Positions 37,451-49,270 of a stretch of 64,000 nt of DNA are shown here, piece after piece. The notes beneath the pieces were generated by a model, which saw only the letters and a program-made list of their open reading frames with translations, did not search any database and was not told the DNA's origin. Positions within the stretch are counted from its first letter, which is position 1; each line of letters starts with the position of its first letter. Location of the stretch: the NCBI GenBank assembly GCA_030704615.1, contig CM060734.1, forward strand, positions 14,446,001 through 14,510,000, given 5' to 3'. The position numbers and the translations under genes are program-made. Source of the stretch: Takakia lepidozioides (lineage: Eukaryota > Plantae > Bryophyta).

Positions 37451-37701
37451 AGCCGTGGCATTCATTCATAAAAACCGGAAACCAAAACACCACAAATGAC
37501 AAACCAGAAACGACTTGTGAAAGCATTTGCATCCATTCCATTTATTTCGCAACGATTACACATAAGAAATAGCACACATTACACAACATAATTGCAGGCT
37601 GCACTGGTACCAAATATACCAAGGGACATCAAGTTCAAGATTCATTTCATATGAAATCCAGTAACGAAAATTGCAGAGGACCAAAGTGCACATGATGATA
37701 G

Positions 37702-37985
37702 CTATGTGCTTGTATCCCACTGCATAAGTGTGTTGACCTCGTTGAAATTCATAGTGGCCTGGTGAATGAAGATGTCGCGTTTGGGATCACAAACCATCCT
37801 CTTCAAGAATATAAAATACAGATGTTTGCAGGGTATGAATTTGCCTCTCTTTCCCAAACTAGTTGAAAGTATGCCAACAAAATCCGGATAGGTGCAACTG
37901 GGGAAATTCAAAACAGTGATGTCGTATGATTTGTCCTGCACAGATGTTGATGTCATCATTTTGTAGACCCGACCATACTCCGGAT
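37702..37985 (-). pseudogene. 3' fragment of a related MULE transposase (SWIM finger)
   Basis: GRVYKM...YDITVLNFPSCTYPDF...PCKHLYFIFLKRM...DIFIHQATMNFNEVNTL aligns with GRVYPM...YTITIGVEPTCNCTDF...PCKHMYYINLKRL...DFIHAPALSVNELHKL at the end of the 16186-19763 gene. Confidence 0.8.
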
Positions 37986-39320
37986 TTGAATGGAGCCACG
38001 CCCCCTGCTGCGGAGATACTCGAGCGACTGAGAGTCGCAAACATCAATCAGGCCCTCGCCAATACTGTTCAATCTATAAGCTTCAAAACGATCTCACACC
38101 AAAAGCAGGGACATGACACCATGATGGCTGAAATTGACAAGCGAGCCGCTCATGCCATCTCTCTTAAGGCGGATATCAAGAGGATCTAGTGAAGGTGAAG
38201 TGGCTTTTAGTTACGCCGGCCCCAGCCGGAGTCATCTCTCTCTTAGGATCTAGTGGCTATGGAAACTAGGGTTTCCAGCAGCATGGCTGCCCAGCAGGAA
38301 GAACATCACACCTACCTCATATCGCTCCAGGACTCAATTACCAACAATCTTGGTGTGAACTTAGCACTCTTCTACGAGCATGCAAACAAGGTGCTCGAGA
38401 AACTACCCCCCCCCCATGCAGGCTCAACCAAAACACTGGACAAGGTGCAAACAATATTGCAGAGAATGCACACACGGGAGCTCGCCAGCCACTGGCGCTA
38501 ATCGAGTTACCACCCCCCCTCGCTTCAACAAGATGGGATCACTGGTGGCCCAGGCATCACACCAGCTGTTGCTACCAACGGCACATCCCCCACAAGTCGA
38601 CGGTGCACATGCAGCAGATACTCACCTCGCCAATGCCCACACGGCCAATGCGTAAATCTGTAGAGACAGCATGCACCAATGTTACAACACGCTCAGTCCA
38701 TCTGCGCACAAAGAACTATATAGTTTCCCTTCTACTCACTATCATTCTCTCTCTTGCTGTGTACTAGAGTGATTTTGTACTCTCTAGAGCCACGATACAA
38801 TCTCAATTTCTGCTTCCGTCCCAACTTGGTCCTCCTTGTGTGCCCAAAGTACCTGGGCAGGCCGCCTTCACTCTCATTCACTCCATACCACACACTGTCC
38901 ACTCCACTATGCATGCACTACTCTGCGTGCCCGATCAACCCCTGCAACTGCACACCCAAGCTCAATACACTCAGTCTCCCTCCCAACGTATACTTCCCTC
39001 CTCATACAGCCTTCCCACCACCTGCCTCCATCTTGAACTACTCAATGAGTGCCCCCCGTGTGGAACACCTTGACACACGCCACGTATTTGCCTCAAATAA
39101 AATCTCTCCCCAGTATAATCATACACCCGACTCCCAAACCGGTCATTTCATCCACTCACGGGCTCTCTCATCCAAACCACAAATGGACAATATTCATTCT
39201 AGCCATCCCCCTACCCCACTCACTCCCCCCCCATCATCACCTTAACCTATCCAAATCTACAGCCTAACACACCAACATGCCCCCCCCCCCCCCTAAATTC
39301 ACTCCAGCAAACACTAAACC
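37986..39320 (+). mobile_element. Degenerate TE-like coding debris, possibly LINE ORF1/ORF2 start
   Basis: C/A-rich broken ORFs with a coiled-coil-like stretch, similar in composition to the LINE fragment. No diagnostic motif seen. Confidence 0.25.
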
Positions 39321-42300
39321 ATTCTATGCCAGTAATCCAATTGAGAATTGGAAGCACAGAACTAACTGATGATGGTGGCTCTGGAGTGAATATCATGACA
39401 GACCAATTAAGGCAGAAGCTTGGTCTAAATAACATGAAACCAGCCCCATTTACAGTAACAATGGCAGATCAAAGAAGTGTACAGCCATTGGGATTGATAA
39501 GAGGAGTTAAGATACAGATTCAAAAGATGATCTTTATGATCACAGTAACTGTGTTGAAAATGGATGAAGTCATGGAAGCTTACTTTTTATTGTTGGGTCG
39601 ATCGTGGCTGAAACAGGTCAGGGTATTCCATGACTGGAATTCCCAGTTACTAATTGTGCATGATGGGATGCACAAGATACAAATCACCACTAAGAAATCT
39701 AGTAGATTACCTGCTACGAGAAGACCTCGAGGGGTCAGGGAGTATGACTGGAGGGGAGGACTTGATGAGGAGCAGGAAGCTACCCTGTTCGCTGCACACC
39801 CAGAGTGGGAGCAGGTTGCAGAGATATAGCTGGAAGGCCTAAGTTGTTTAAAAGGTATCTGGTGTGGTGTAGTGACAGCAACACCAATTGAGGGTGAAAC
39901 AAGCAGTTACCCACCACATTTCTATGAAGAAAGAGAGGGAGAAATGGAAATCCTAGAAGAACCAGCCACTGTGAGTTTACAGGATGAAGTGGTGACTGGT
40001 TGGACAATCACAGCTGATGAGCAGATGAGAGAAGTGAATGTGGGAACTGAAGAGGAACCGAGGATGGTGAAGGTAGGGGCTGATTTGGAGCCAGAATTCT
40101 TTGAGGAAGCTAAGAGTTTGTTCATCAAATACAGAGATGTATTTGCTTGGAGCTACGAGGATCTAAAAGGGATACCACCTGAGATCTGTCAGCATAAGAT
40201 TGAACTGGAACCAGGGTCAGTACCAATCAAACAGGCAAGGTACAGATGAATCCCAACTATGCATAGAAGGTTGGAGAAGAGAGCAAGAAGTTGGCTGAGG
40301 CTAAGTTTATATACCCGATAGAGTATACAACTTGGTTGTCACCCATTGTGATAGTTCCCAAGAAGAATGGTAAACTGAGAGTTTGTGTGAACTATAAGAA
40401 GTTGAATGCTTGCACGAAGAAAGATCATTTCCCTTTGTCATTCACAGAAGCGGTATTGGACACTGTGGCAGGCCATGAGATGTACTCATTCATGGATGGC
40501 TTCAGTGGTTATAATTAAGTGCAAGTGGCAGAAGAAGACCAGGGAAAGACAACTTTCATCACAGACTGGGGTGCTTATGCATACAAAGTCATGCCTTTTG
40601 GACTTTGTAATGCACCAGCAACCTTTCAGAGAGTGATAAGTGAAGCTTTTCATGAGTATCTGGATGATTTCATGCAGGTGTTCTTGGATGATTTCAGTGT
40701 GTACAGCTCTAAAAATGAGCACTTGCATAAATTGGAGTTATGTTTGGCCAGATGCAGGATGAGAGGTCTGGGCCTGAATCCAGAGAAGTGTACTTTCTGT
40801 GTGAACTCAGGGGTGCTTTTGGGACACATTGTGTGTAAGATGGGACTTCTTGTGGATCCCATAAAGACAGAGGCCATTAAAGCCTCTTCACCACCAGTAA
40901 ATGTTAAGAGTCTAAGGAGATTCCTTGGACAAACCAGTTATTATAGAAGATTTGTCAGACGGTATGCACAGATAGCAGCACCATTGAGCAAGCTTCTGAA
41001 GAAAGATGCAGTGTTTGCATGGACAGCTGAATGTCAACAGGCTTTTGAGGAACTTACATTGTCAGTAACAACTACACCTGTGCTGATTAACCCTCACTGA
41101 CATGTAGTATTTCATGTTCACTGTGATGCCTCAGGAGAAGCGTTGGGAGCAGTGTTAGCCCAAAATGTTACACGAAATATAGATTCACCTGTGTACTATG
41201 CTAGCAGGTTGATGAACAGTGCTGAAAGGAACTATAGCACAACTGAAAGAGAAGCACTGGCAATGATTTATGCAGTCAAGAAATTCAGGCATTACCTATT
41301 GGGAAGAAAGTTTATGTTTTATGTGGATCACCAGGCTCTGATATATCTAGTGAACAAACCTTTGATAAGTGGAAGGATAGCAAGGTGGTTAATAATCTTG
41401 CACGAGTTTGAGTTTGAAGTTGTTTACAAGCCTGGCCGTTTGCATCTTGTGGCATATCACTTGTCACGCCTATCAACAAGAGAGCCCGCCACAGGAGTAG
41501 ATGACCAATTACCTGATGCGAGTTTATTTGCAGTGGAGGTGCAGGGAAGTGCAAATGACTGGTTAGATTGGCAGTAGCCAATCAGATACTACCTTACTCA
41601 TGGTCAGTGCCCACCTAGTTATGGAAAGGAGCAGAGGAAAAGAATCGCTATCAAGGCTTTACCTTATACTATGGTAGGGGGCAGAATGTATAAGCTAGGA
41701 CCTGATGGAGTACTTATAAGAGGCTTGTACCACCATGAAGTAAATAAAGTTTTGGAGAAAGTTCATAAAGGAGTGGCTGGAGGTCATTTTGGAGAAGAGA
41801 CTACCAGTAGAAAGATACTACTTGCAGGTTACTGGTGGCCTTCTTTGTTCAAGGATGTACACAAGTATTGTCAGAGTTGTGATGAGTGTCAGAGGCTAGG
41901 ACCTTTGCAGAGATCTGGGAAGATGGTTTTGCATCCTACGATGCCTACTGAACCATTTCAGAAATGGGGACTAGACTTTGTTGGACCAATTAACCCACCA
42001 GCCAAGAACACATAGAACAAGTATATAATCACAGCCACTGATTATACTACGAAGTGGGTGGAAGCTAAAGCTCTGAGGGACAACATAGCTAAGTCCACAA
42101 CAAGGTTCATGTATGAGAACATACTTACACGATTTGGTTGTCCCTTGGAATTTATCAGTGACCAGGGAAGTCACTTCATTAATGAGACCATTGAACTATT
42201 GACTAAAGAGTTCATGATTGTGCATAGGAAGAGTACAACATATTACCCACAGGGTAATGGGCAGGCAGAGGCTACCAACAAAATATGTACTATCTTGGCT

Positions 42301-43713
42301 AAGATAGTCAATGCAAACAGAACAGGTATACAAAGCTGCTGACAGCTTTGTGGTCATACAGGACTTCATATAAAGTCACCACTAAGTATACACCATTTCA
42401 ATTAGTTTATGGTATGGAATCTTTACTTCCAGTGGAATTCTTGTTACCTACCATGAGAACTGAATGGGGAAGGAGAATGGAATTGGAAGATTCAATTAAG
42501 GTCATGAAACATGAATTATACCATGTGGAAGAAGTACGTGCTGATACAGCTGATAACATGACCAGAATTCAGATGAAGAGGAAGGATCAGTTTGATGAAG
42601 GTAAATTAAAGACTTTTAAGACGGGAGATTTGGTACTGTGGTTGCAGAAGAAGGGGAAGATTAAAGCTTCTAAGCTTAAATCACCATGGAAAGGACCTTA
42701 TGTCATACAGAAGATGTATGATAATAACACCGCCATGCTACAAACCATTAACAAAGAAATGCTGGGAAGAGTCAATGCCAATAAGTTGAAGGGGTACAGT
42801 GGTATCCATGACAAACCATTGCAGCATGATTTGCATGTTGAAACACAAAAACAGTCACGGGCTGCGCCAGTGATACCAACGGAGTATGGAGCACTTGTCG
42901 CTAAGCTGAGCGTGTATGACCAGGGCGGGAAGTACAGGTGTTTGCATAGCTATCACAGCCCAACACAGCGTGACACAGCTTATCACAGCCCAACACAGTG
43001 TCACACAGCCTATCACAGCCCATCACAACGTGACACAGCCTATCACAGCCCACCACAGTGCCACACAGCCTGTCACAACCCAACACAGCCCATGCAGGTT
43101 ACACAGTCCATAGGGTCAGTGACAGGTGGACGCGAATTAACGTCAGAAAAGTGGCCATCAAGTGAAGAAGAAGTTTGGAAGTCAAACTTGGAGAATATGC
43201 CACGCGGACAGGGGAAGTCGGGGGCATGTCTAGAAACGGACACGTGGCCACTAAGGCAAAGCACACCGCACTGCATTGATTCCAAGAGTGGGTCTCATCA
43301 TGCAAGAGGACAAATCGGGCCGTCAAAGTACCTACCCGGTACAGCCGCTAAGACTATTTGTGGGCCCATTAATGCATTTAGAGTAAGGGTAACGGAACCC
43401 TTTCCGAGTATAGAAAAAAAAAAACCTATGCCACATGTGCTGTCCTACTGGACATTCCAGGTGGGAATGTCCACAAAGGGGGGTGGAATTAAGAAGTTAC
43501 CTAAACAGGCAACAACCAATCAGGAGTGCAAATTACATGCAGATGGTTCCCTCCAAAAAACAAGAACAAGAAATAGGAAGTGTTATGAGCGGAAGAGTCA
43601 GGGTGGCTCCGAATAGCCAGTGTCTCGACGGGAGGGGCAATCAAAGCACTACTTTGTAGCTATGGCGGATGTAACGGATTACACACTTGCTTTACTTCTC
43701 ACGCAGTGGCGCA
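39321..43713 (+). mobile_element. Older Ty3/gypsy copy (host), 5'-truncated pol: protease, RT, RNase H, integrase; pseudogenised
   Basis: DGGSGVNIM (protease), MPFGLCNAPATFQR and FLDD (RT), CDAS and YSTTEREALA (RNase H), H-H-C-C plus WGLDFVGP, ISDQGSHF, GNGQAE (integrase). Many in-frame stops. Continues at 57008. Confidence 0.93.
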
Positions 43714-44673
43714 TGTCACGCGGCTTTTGCTCACCCATCCCTTCGCTATCCGAGGCGGAAACTCCAAGATAGAAGAGTTGGAAATCTCTAAGCACTCAGC
43801 CCGCTCAGAACAATCAGTCATGACCTACAGCTAGTGTATCATGGGGGTGTTTCCTATTTGTTTTCATTCTCACATTCATGTTAGCTAGTTACCTTACTGT
43901 TGGTAATTAAGTATCAGTTTGCTTCAGCAATCTATCGGATCCCATCAACTCATCCATTCATTCCACAGCTTCACTCAGATCTCTCTACACAGTGTGAGTA
44001 TGAAGTATGTATCAGATTAATATCTATCGAGTATCAGGCTGAAGCCATGGAGTCTCTAATCTGCTCTACATTACAACTCTACTGCTTGCATTCATTAAGC
44101 ATCAACAGATCGCCCTCCTCCTACTTTGTGCTCTCCCTCCTTCCGCTCAGAGATGCGCTCTCTCCTCCTTTCCTCCCGTGATGTCCGAACTTCCCCCCCC
44201 CAGCAGCGATTCCCCCAAGAAGTGATCCTTCTCCCGTCCTCGCTCCTGGCTTTATCTTCCTACCCGTTGTTCTAACCGTTTCCCTCACTAATCGTCGTCA
44301 TCCGTGTACTAACATGTTCCATTCGCAGATGTTGTTCCCCACAGTCGTTCCCTGTCCTGCTATCCGTTCCCTATCGTCGTGACAGCTGTGTCAAGCTGTG
44401 ACTGGCTGTGACGGCTGTGTCTGGCTGTGTCTGGCTGTGTCGGACTGTGACGGGCTGTGTTGGTTGTGATGGGCTGTGTCGGGCTGTGACGGACTGTGTC
44501 TGGCTGTGTCGGCTGTGTCGGACTGTGACGGGCTGTGTTGGCTGTGACGGGCTGTGTAACCCCCCTCTAAAGTGCGCTGCTGTCACCCCTAAGGCTCCTG
44601 TTGGTCTCAGTCTGTGCAAAAATTAACCCACAGATTCCGTATAAGTGTCTAAGTCCCAGACAGTCCTCTAACA
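43714..44673 (-). repeat. 3' LTR (960 bp)
   Basis: Near-identical to 55981-57002 apart from indels, mostly in the CACAGC repeat tract. Confidence 0.95.
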
Positions 44674-44690
44674 TTACCCCATCCCCTCTC
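44674..44690 (-). other. Polypurine tract
   Basis: GAGAGGGGATGGGGTAA immediately before the TG of the 3' LTR on the minus strand. Confidence 0.9.
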
Positions 44691-44711
44691 AAAAAACCGT
44701 GTCCTCACGGT

Positions 44712-47700
44712 TTACTGATTGGGATTAGCAAACCTTTGTGAGTGAGTACCTTTCTGACGTTGAGAGTCTCGTGAAGGACTCTGTGTATGAGCCCGAGGTC
44801 TATCACTGGTTGACGGAGATGATTGAACACTACCTGGATATGTGAGGCCCTCTGGAGGCTGATATCGAGGTAACCTTTCAGGCATATGAGACCCCCGTCG
44901 CTTCTTCTCTGCCATCTGAATTGCATAGTCTTCTCCCATGTCAAAAGAGTCCGCTGAAGAAACAGTTGTATCAGAATCCTCATCGCCTCTCAGGTGTTTT
45001 AATTTTCGAACTTTTTGTGGAATCCTCTGGGGCATACAATGTTGTCCTACCATGTCTGGAAGTTTAAACTTTAAAACTTGTTGTAAACGCTGAATGGAAA
45101 AATTGGTGAAGACGTTGAGCTCCTTGTCTGTCCAAGTGAGTGGGGTACCAATGACTTGTGAATTGTGCAAGTATTTCCATGCCTCATGTCCCTTAAAGAA
45201 AATATCATCAGGGCCGAATTTCTGTGTTGACAAATTGTTCCAGGCCGCATGAAACCATGAACGAATTTGAGAATCCTTTTGCATCATAACTTTTGCCTCA
45301 TATAGGTACATATGAGGTGGCACTGAAGGTAAGACCCAATGATCCCCACTGGAATAACTCAGAAAGCACGATTGCATCTTGTGCTGCTCAATGTGGTAAC
45401 GTACCAGAAAACAAGCAGCGTAGTATACCCCACAGCCCATGACAATACTTGCTACCTCCTTGGTCTTGGTATAAATGAATCCATGTACAACTTGGAAGAC
45501 AATTAATTCTTTCAACATGGTACCTGCCTCATGCCAGTACTGCGCAAAGTGATGATCCTCAATGGGTTGATTGTTTGGAAGTACCTTAGTTCTAGTTGCC
45601 ACTGGCAGCCATATGCGCATGATTTGATAGTAATGTGCCAATGACTGCGGAGGACTAAATTCTTTCCAAGCCAAATCCAACATAATGGGAATTTGGTTGA
45701 AGGGCATAATCATAGCCCTACTGTATTCCCTTGCAGCTGGAGTTTTAGGTGGGTTAAAAGCAGCATTCCCCCATACCTCAGGCGGTGGTGGCTGTGGTGT
45801 GGCTGTAGTAACAACAGGGTCAGCTACTGGCACAGTGACTTGTTGTGGTGTTGGTGGCACTGGCTCTTGTACCATTGGCATCTCCTGCACCTCCTGTGAA
45901 GACTGAAAAGCCAAAGTTCTCGCTTTTAAATAAGAAGCCATTAGCTGTTCCTCAGGTACACAGACTCTGTTGTCGATATTTGAAGTGAGGTCCTCCACTT
46001 GAGTCTGCAGGCCGTCTACATCCTCCTGTAACTCCGCTATCCTACTATAGACATTGTCTATAGTAGTTGTGGCAATGTTCTGCACTTGCAGTCTGAGCTC
46101 ATTCATCTCGCTTTGGGTGAGCTTTCGTGGTGTTTTGCCCTCCACTGGCCCTTGTGCTAACCAGACCTGCATAAGGTGGTTATCCACTAAGTTGCTTGTG
46201 GTACCTCTGAGAGTCTGCTCCTCTCTGAGTTTATACATATCTAATTGCTGTTGTAAAGCCTCCATGCGCTTCGCATGAGGTTCAACCAAATTTGCATAGG
46301 CAGCAAGCAGATTATTGGCTTCCTTCCAAGCCTTGTTAGTGACAGAGATTTCATTTCTATTGGCCATGATTGTTTGTTGCAACTCCAGTATGTGTCTCTC
46401 TTGGTCAGCTTCAACCTGTCTGTATTGCTTGAAAGTATCCTCATTGCGACAGATTGTATTCTTCATATCGACAATGAGTTTCACTTGCTCAACATTTTCT
46501 GCCTCTGCCTTCGTACATCTTTCCGCTTGACTGTTTATTTCTGTTGTAGATTGGTCAAGCATAGTTGTGAGTGTAGCACATTGGATGGCCATCCTGTCAT
46601 GCACTGTCTGCAACTCCGTATGTAGTGCATTCACTTGTTGCAACTTGCTTTCATGCTTCACTTGCATTTGGTATAGCTGTTGCTTATGTGCTTCGTGCAA
46701 CTGGTCTTGCGTGAGGCCTGCCTCAATCAATTGTTCCTTGGCCAATTGCAAAGCCGCTTTTGTACTCTCCAAGTCTTGCTGCATCTTGAGAGTGACCTCT
46801 TCATCGACCTTATTTGCACACTCTGTGGCAAGTCAAACTCCTTCCTGAGTTCCTCCCTCAAAGCTGCCAATTGGGTAGTGGGAACATGTGATTTGACATA
46901 AGTACCCAACAAATTAAGTGTCATGTTTATGGAACTCATAAGCATTGCCTGTTGAGGGTCATCTTGGTGAGCTTGCTGCTGTTCTCCCTGATCCTCAGCA
47001 GTGTGATGCCTTACGAACCACTCAGGCCATTGCCCCACCAGATTTTCTTCCTGAACCACTCCATCCGTCACTGGTGCTGCAGTGTCTTGACATTCTACCT
47101 GTGGTACCTCCGTCACAGGTGTGTGTATTATATGCGCCGCAGGGTTTCCCCTGGACAACCGTTGCACCTCCGGAATCACTGTGTCCTTGACCATACCGGA
47201 ATATTCATAGAGAAGGTCCCCCTTCTCAATTTCTGCCACCACCTGTTCTGTAGTGGGAATATCTAACCCTTCTTTTTCTAAATCAATTATTTCTGGTTGA
47301 ACTGCATGGACAACTTGTGGTAACTTTGTGACAAGCCGATCATCTGGCTGTGATGGCTGTGATACTGAAGTAACTTCCTCTTCCCTCTCTGAAGGTCCTG
47401 CTTCCAGTAATAGCAGTTCTCTGTGCTGCTGTGCCCCTTCCTGCACAAGAGCTTGGGAAACATTATCATGCGGATTCCGTGAAGCCAGTGGATCCGCCAC
47501 TACAATCTTTCCCCGTTTGTCTCTTGTCTTGGGTTGCCTGCTAGTCCACCCTCACTGTGTGAAGAGCCTTGCTCTTCCATTGCAGTGGTTTCTGGCTCAA
47601 ACACTCCCATCTCCTTTCTTTCTCGCGCATCAAGTATGCCAGAATCAAGAATTATTTGAGCAATGATTGGGCCAGACACTATGATAGGAGACTTTGCGGC

Positions 47701-48147
47701 AGTACCCTGTAATCTTTTCATCTCCTCTACCAGTGCGTTGTACATTATGTCCGCCCATTCTACCTCTTCTCCTCTCAGGGCTTTGAGTATTTCTTCTGTG
47801 AAGGATCTGCTCAAATACTGTTGGTTTTGTTTCATGGCAAACAGAACGTTCAATACCTGGCCTACCTCTCTTAGCCCTGGGTACACGGCCTTGGTACAAG
47901 CATAACCCTGAGTTTTAAAGAAACTCCCTTCTTGGAATAAGTCCCCTATTTGCAGTCTTGCCCTGTGCTCCTCCACATGCACCTGGCCTGCTGGCAATCG
48001 AAACAATTGCTGTAGGTATAGGGGAATAATTAGTAATTCAACTCCCTTCACCGTTGTTGCTCCTGTCCTTGGCTCAAAGTTCTGCAAGAATTGTAACATG
48101 TACTGTCTATGGTGCAATGTCCAATCTTTGCTTTGCAATCCTTCCAA
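44712..48147 (-). CDS. 3' extra ORF region of the gypsy element (sense; 215+257+690 aa pieces): Athila-ORF/Transposase_32-like N-terminus, long coiled coil, unknown C-terminal domain
   Basis: FLQNFEPRTG..TVKGVEL.I.P.YLQQLFRLP and VEWADIMY...SGPIIAQI resemble plant retroelement extra-ORF proteins. Homologue 57256-58410 reads through the 47500 break, so it was probably one long ORF. Confidence 0.6.
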
Positions 48148-48959
48148 TCGCAGCTCTTTCAGTAACTTACCGCCTGTGGAGTAGCAATCGTTGTTTTTTC
48201 TGCAGGATTGTGGTGCTCTTCACCCTGATTTCTTCCATTCCTCTCACTCTCTTCATTCTAGACCCACAGAAATGTTTTGGCTGTAACAATTGAAGAAATG
48301 CCTGTAGTGCACAAAGCATAAACGTATGGTTGCCACAAAAAGCTATGGGTAATTTCTTGTAAGCCTGCGGGGGCTTGCAAGCATCGATCAAGAGAAAAGA
48401 TCCGTTCTGTTCTTTCGTCCCTATGCCACTGCGTAAGTAATATTGCGAGCGTATAGTCTGTTAGTTCCTCCATAGCTTCAAAGCTATCGCATTGATGGTT
48501 TGTCCCGTCGCGACGCCCGTTACTTAGAACGACGCCGACTCTTGCGCTTAATTTCCCTCCAATTTCTTGATCCTTTCTCTGGCTTTCGATTGGCTGTAAT
48601 CGCTGTGACTGGATTTTAGATTTAATTTTCTTTAGTGGACTTTCCCTGCTGGACTGTCCACTAGGATAACACATGTGACAAGAATTTGCTTTTCTGTACT
48701 TGCCGTTTGTTCTGTTGCCCCTTTTCTGTATTCATTAATGGGCCCGCCATTCATCCAAATTGACGCGCTGATTAGGTATTTTGACGGCCATTCTTGTCCT
48801 CTTTCTTGATGACATCTGTTCTTGCACTTCCTTCTCAGCTGTGTGTTGCGCCCTGACTTCCACGTGTCCCTTTCTAAACTGACTTCCGTCCTCTTTCTTC
48901 CGCCGGCCATTTCCCTGAAGTTATCATGCGTCCACCTGTCACTGATTCTATGGATTGTG

Positions 48960-49270
48960 TAACCCTAGTAGGCTGTGTTAAGCTGTGACAGGCTGTGTCA
49001 TACTGTGGTATGCCGTGATAGGCTGTGATCACTGTGGTAAGCTGTGATAGGCTGTGACACGCTGTGGTAGGTTGTGATATGTTGTGTCGCGCCTTGATGG
49101 GTTGTGATAGGCTGTGTCGTGCCTTGATGGGCTGTGATAGGCTGTGTCGCGCCTTGATGGGCTGTGATAGGCTGTGTCGCGCCTTGATGGGCTGTGATAG
49201 GCTGTGTCGCGCCTTGATGGGCTGTGATAGGCTGTGTCGTGCCTTGATGGGCTGTGATAGGCTGTGTCGC
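48960..49270 (-). repeat. 30-bp minisatellite in the pol tail encoding (RRDTAYHSPS)n
   Basis: GCTGTGATAGGCTGTGTCGCGCCTTGATGG about 7 times. Related tract at 42945-43090 in the host copy. Confidence 0.9.

Noticed and set aside
44712-46784. Host gene (myosin/SMC-like coiled coil) or retroviral env
   Set aside because: Lies inside the LTR element next to the PPT; no motor/ATPase motif, signal peptide or clear TM helix.
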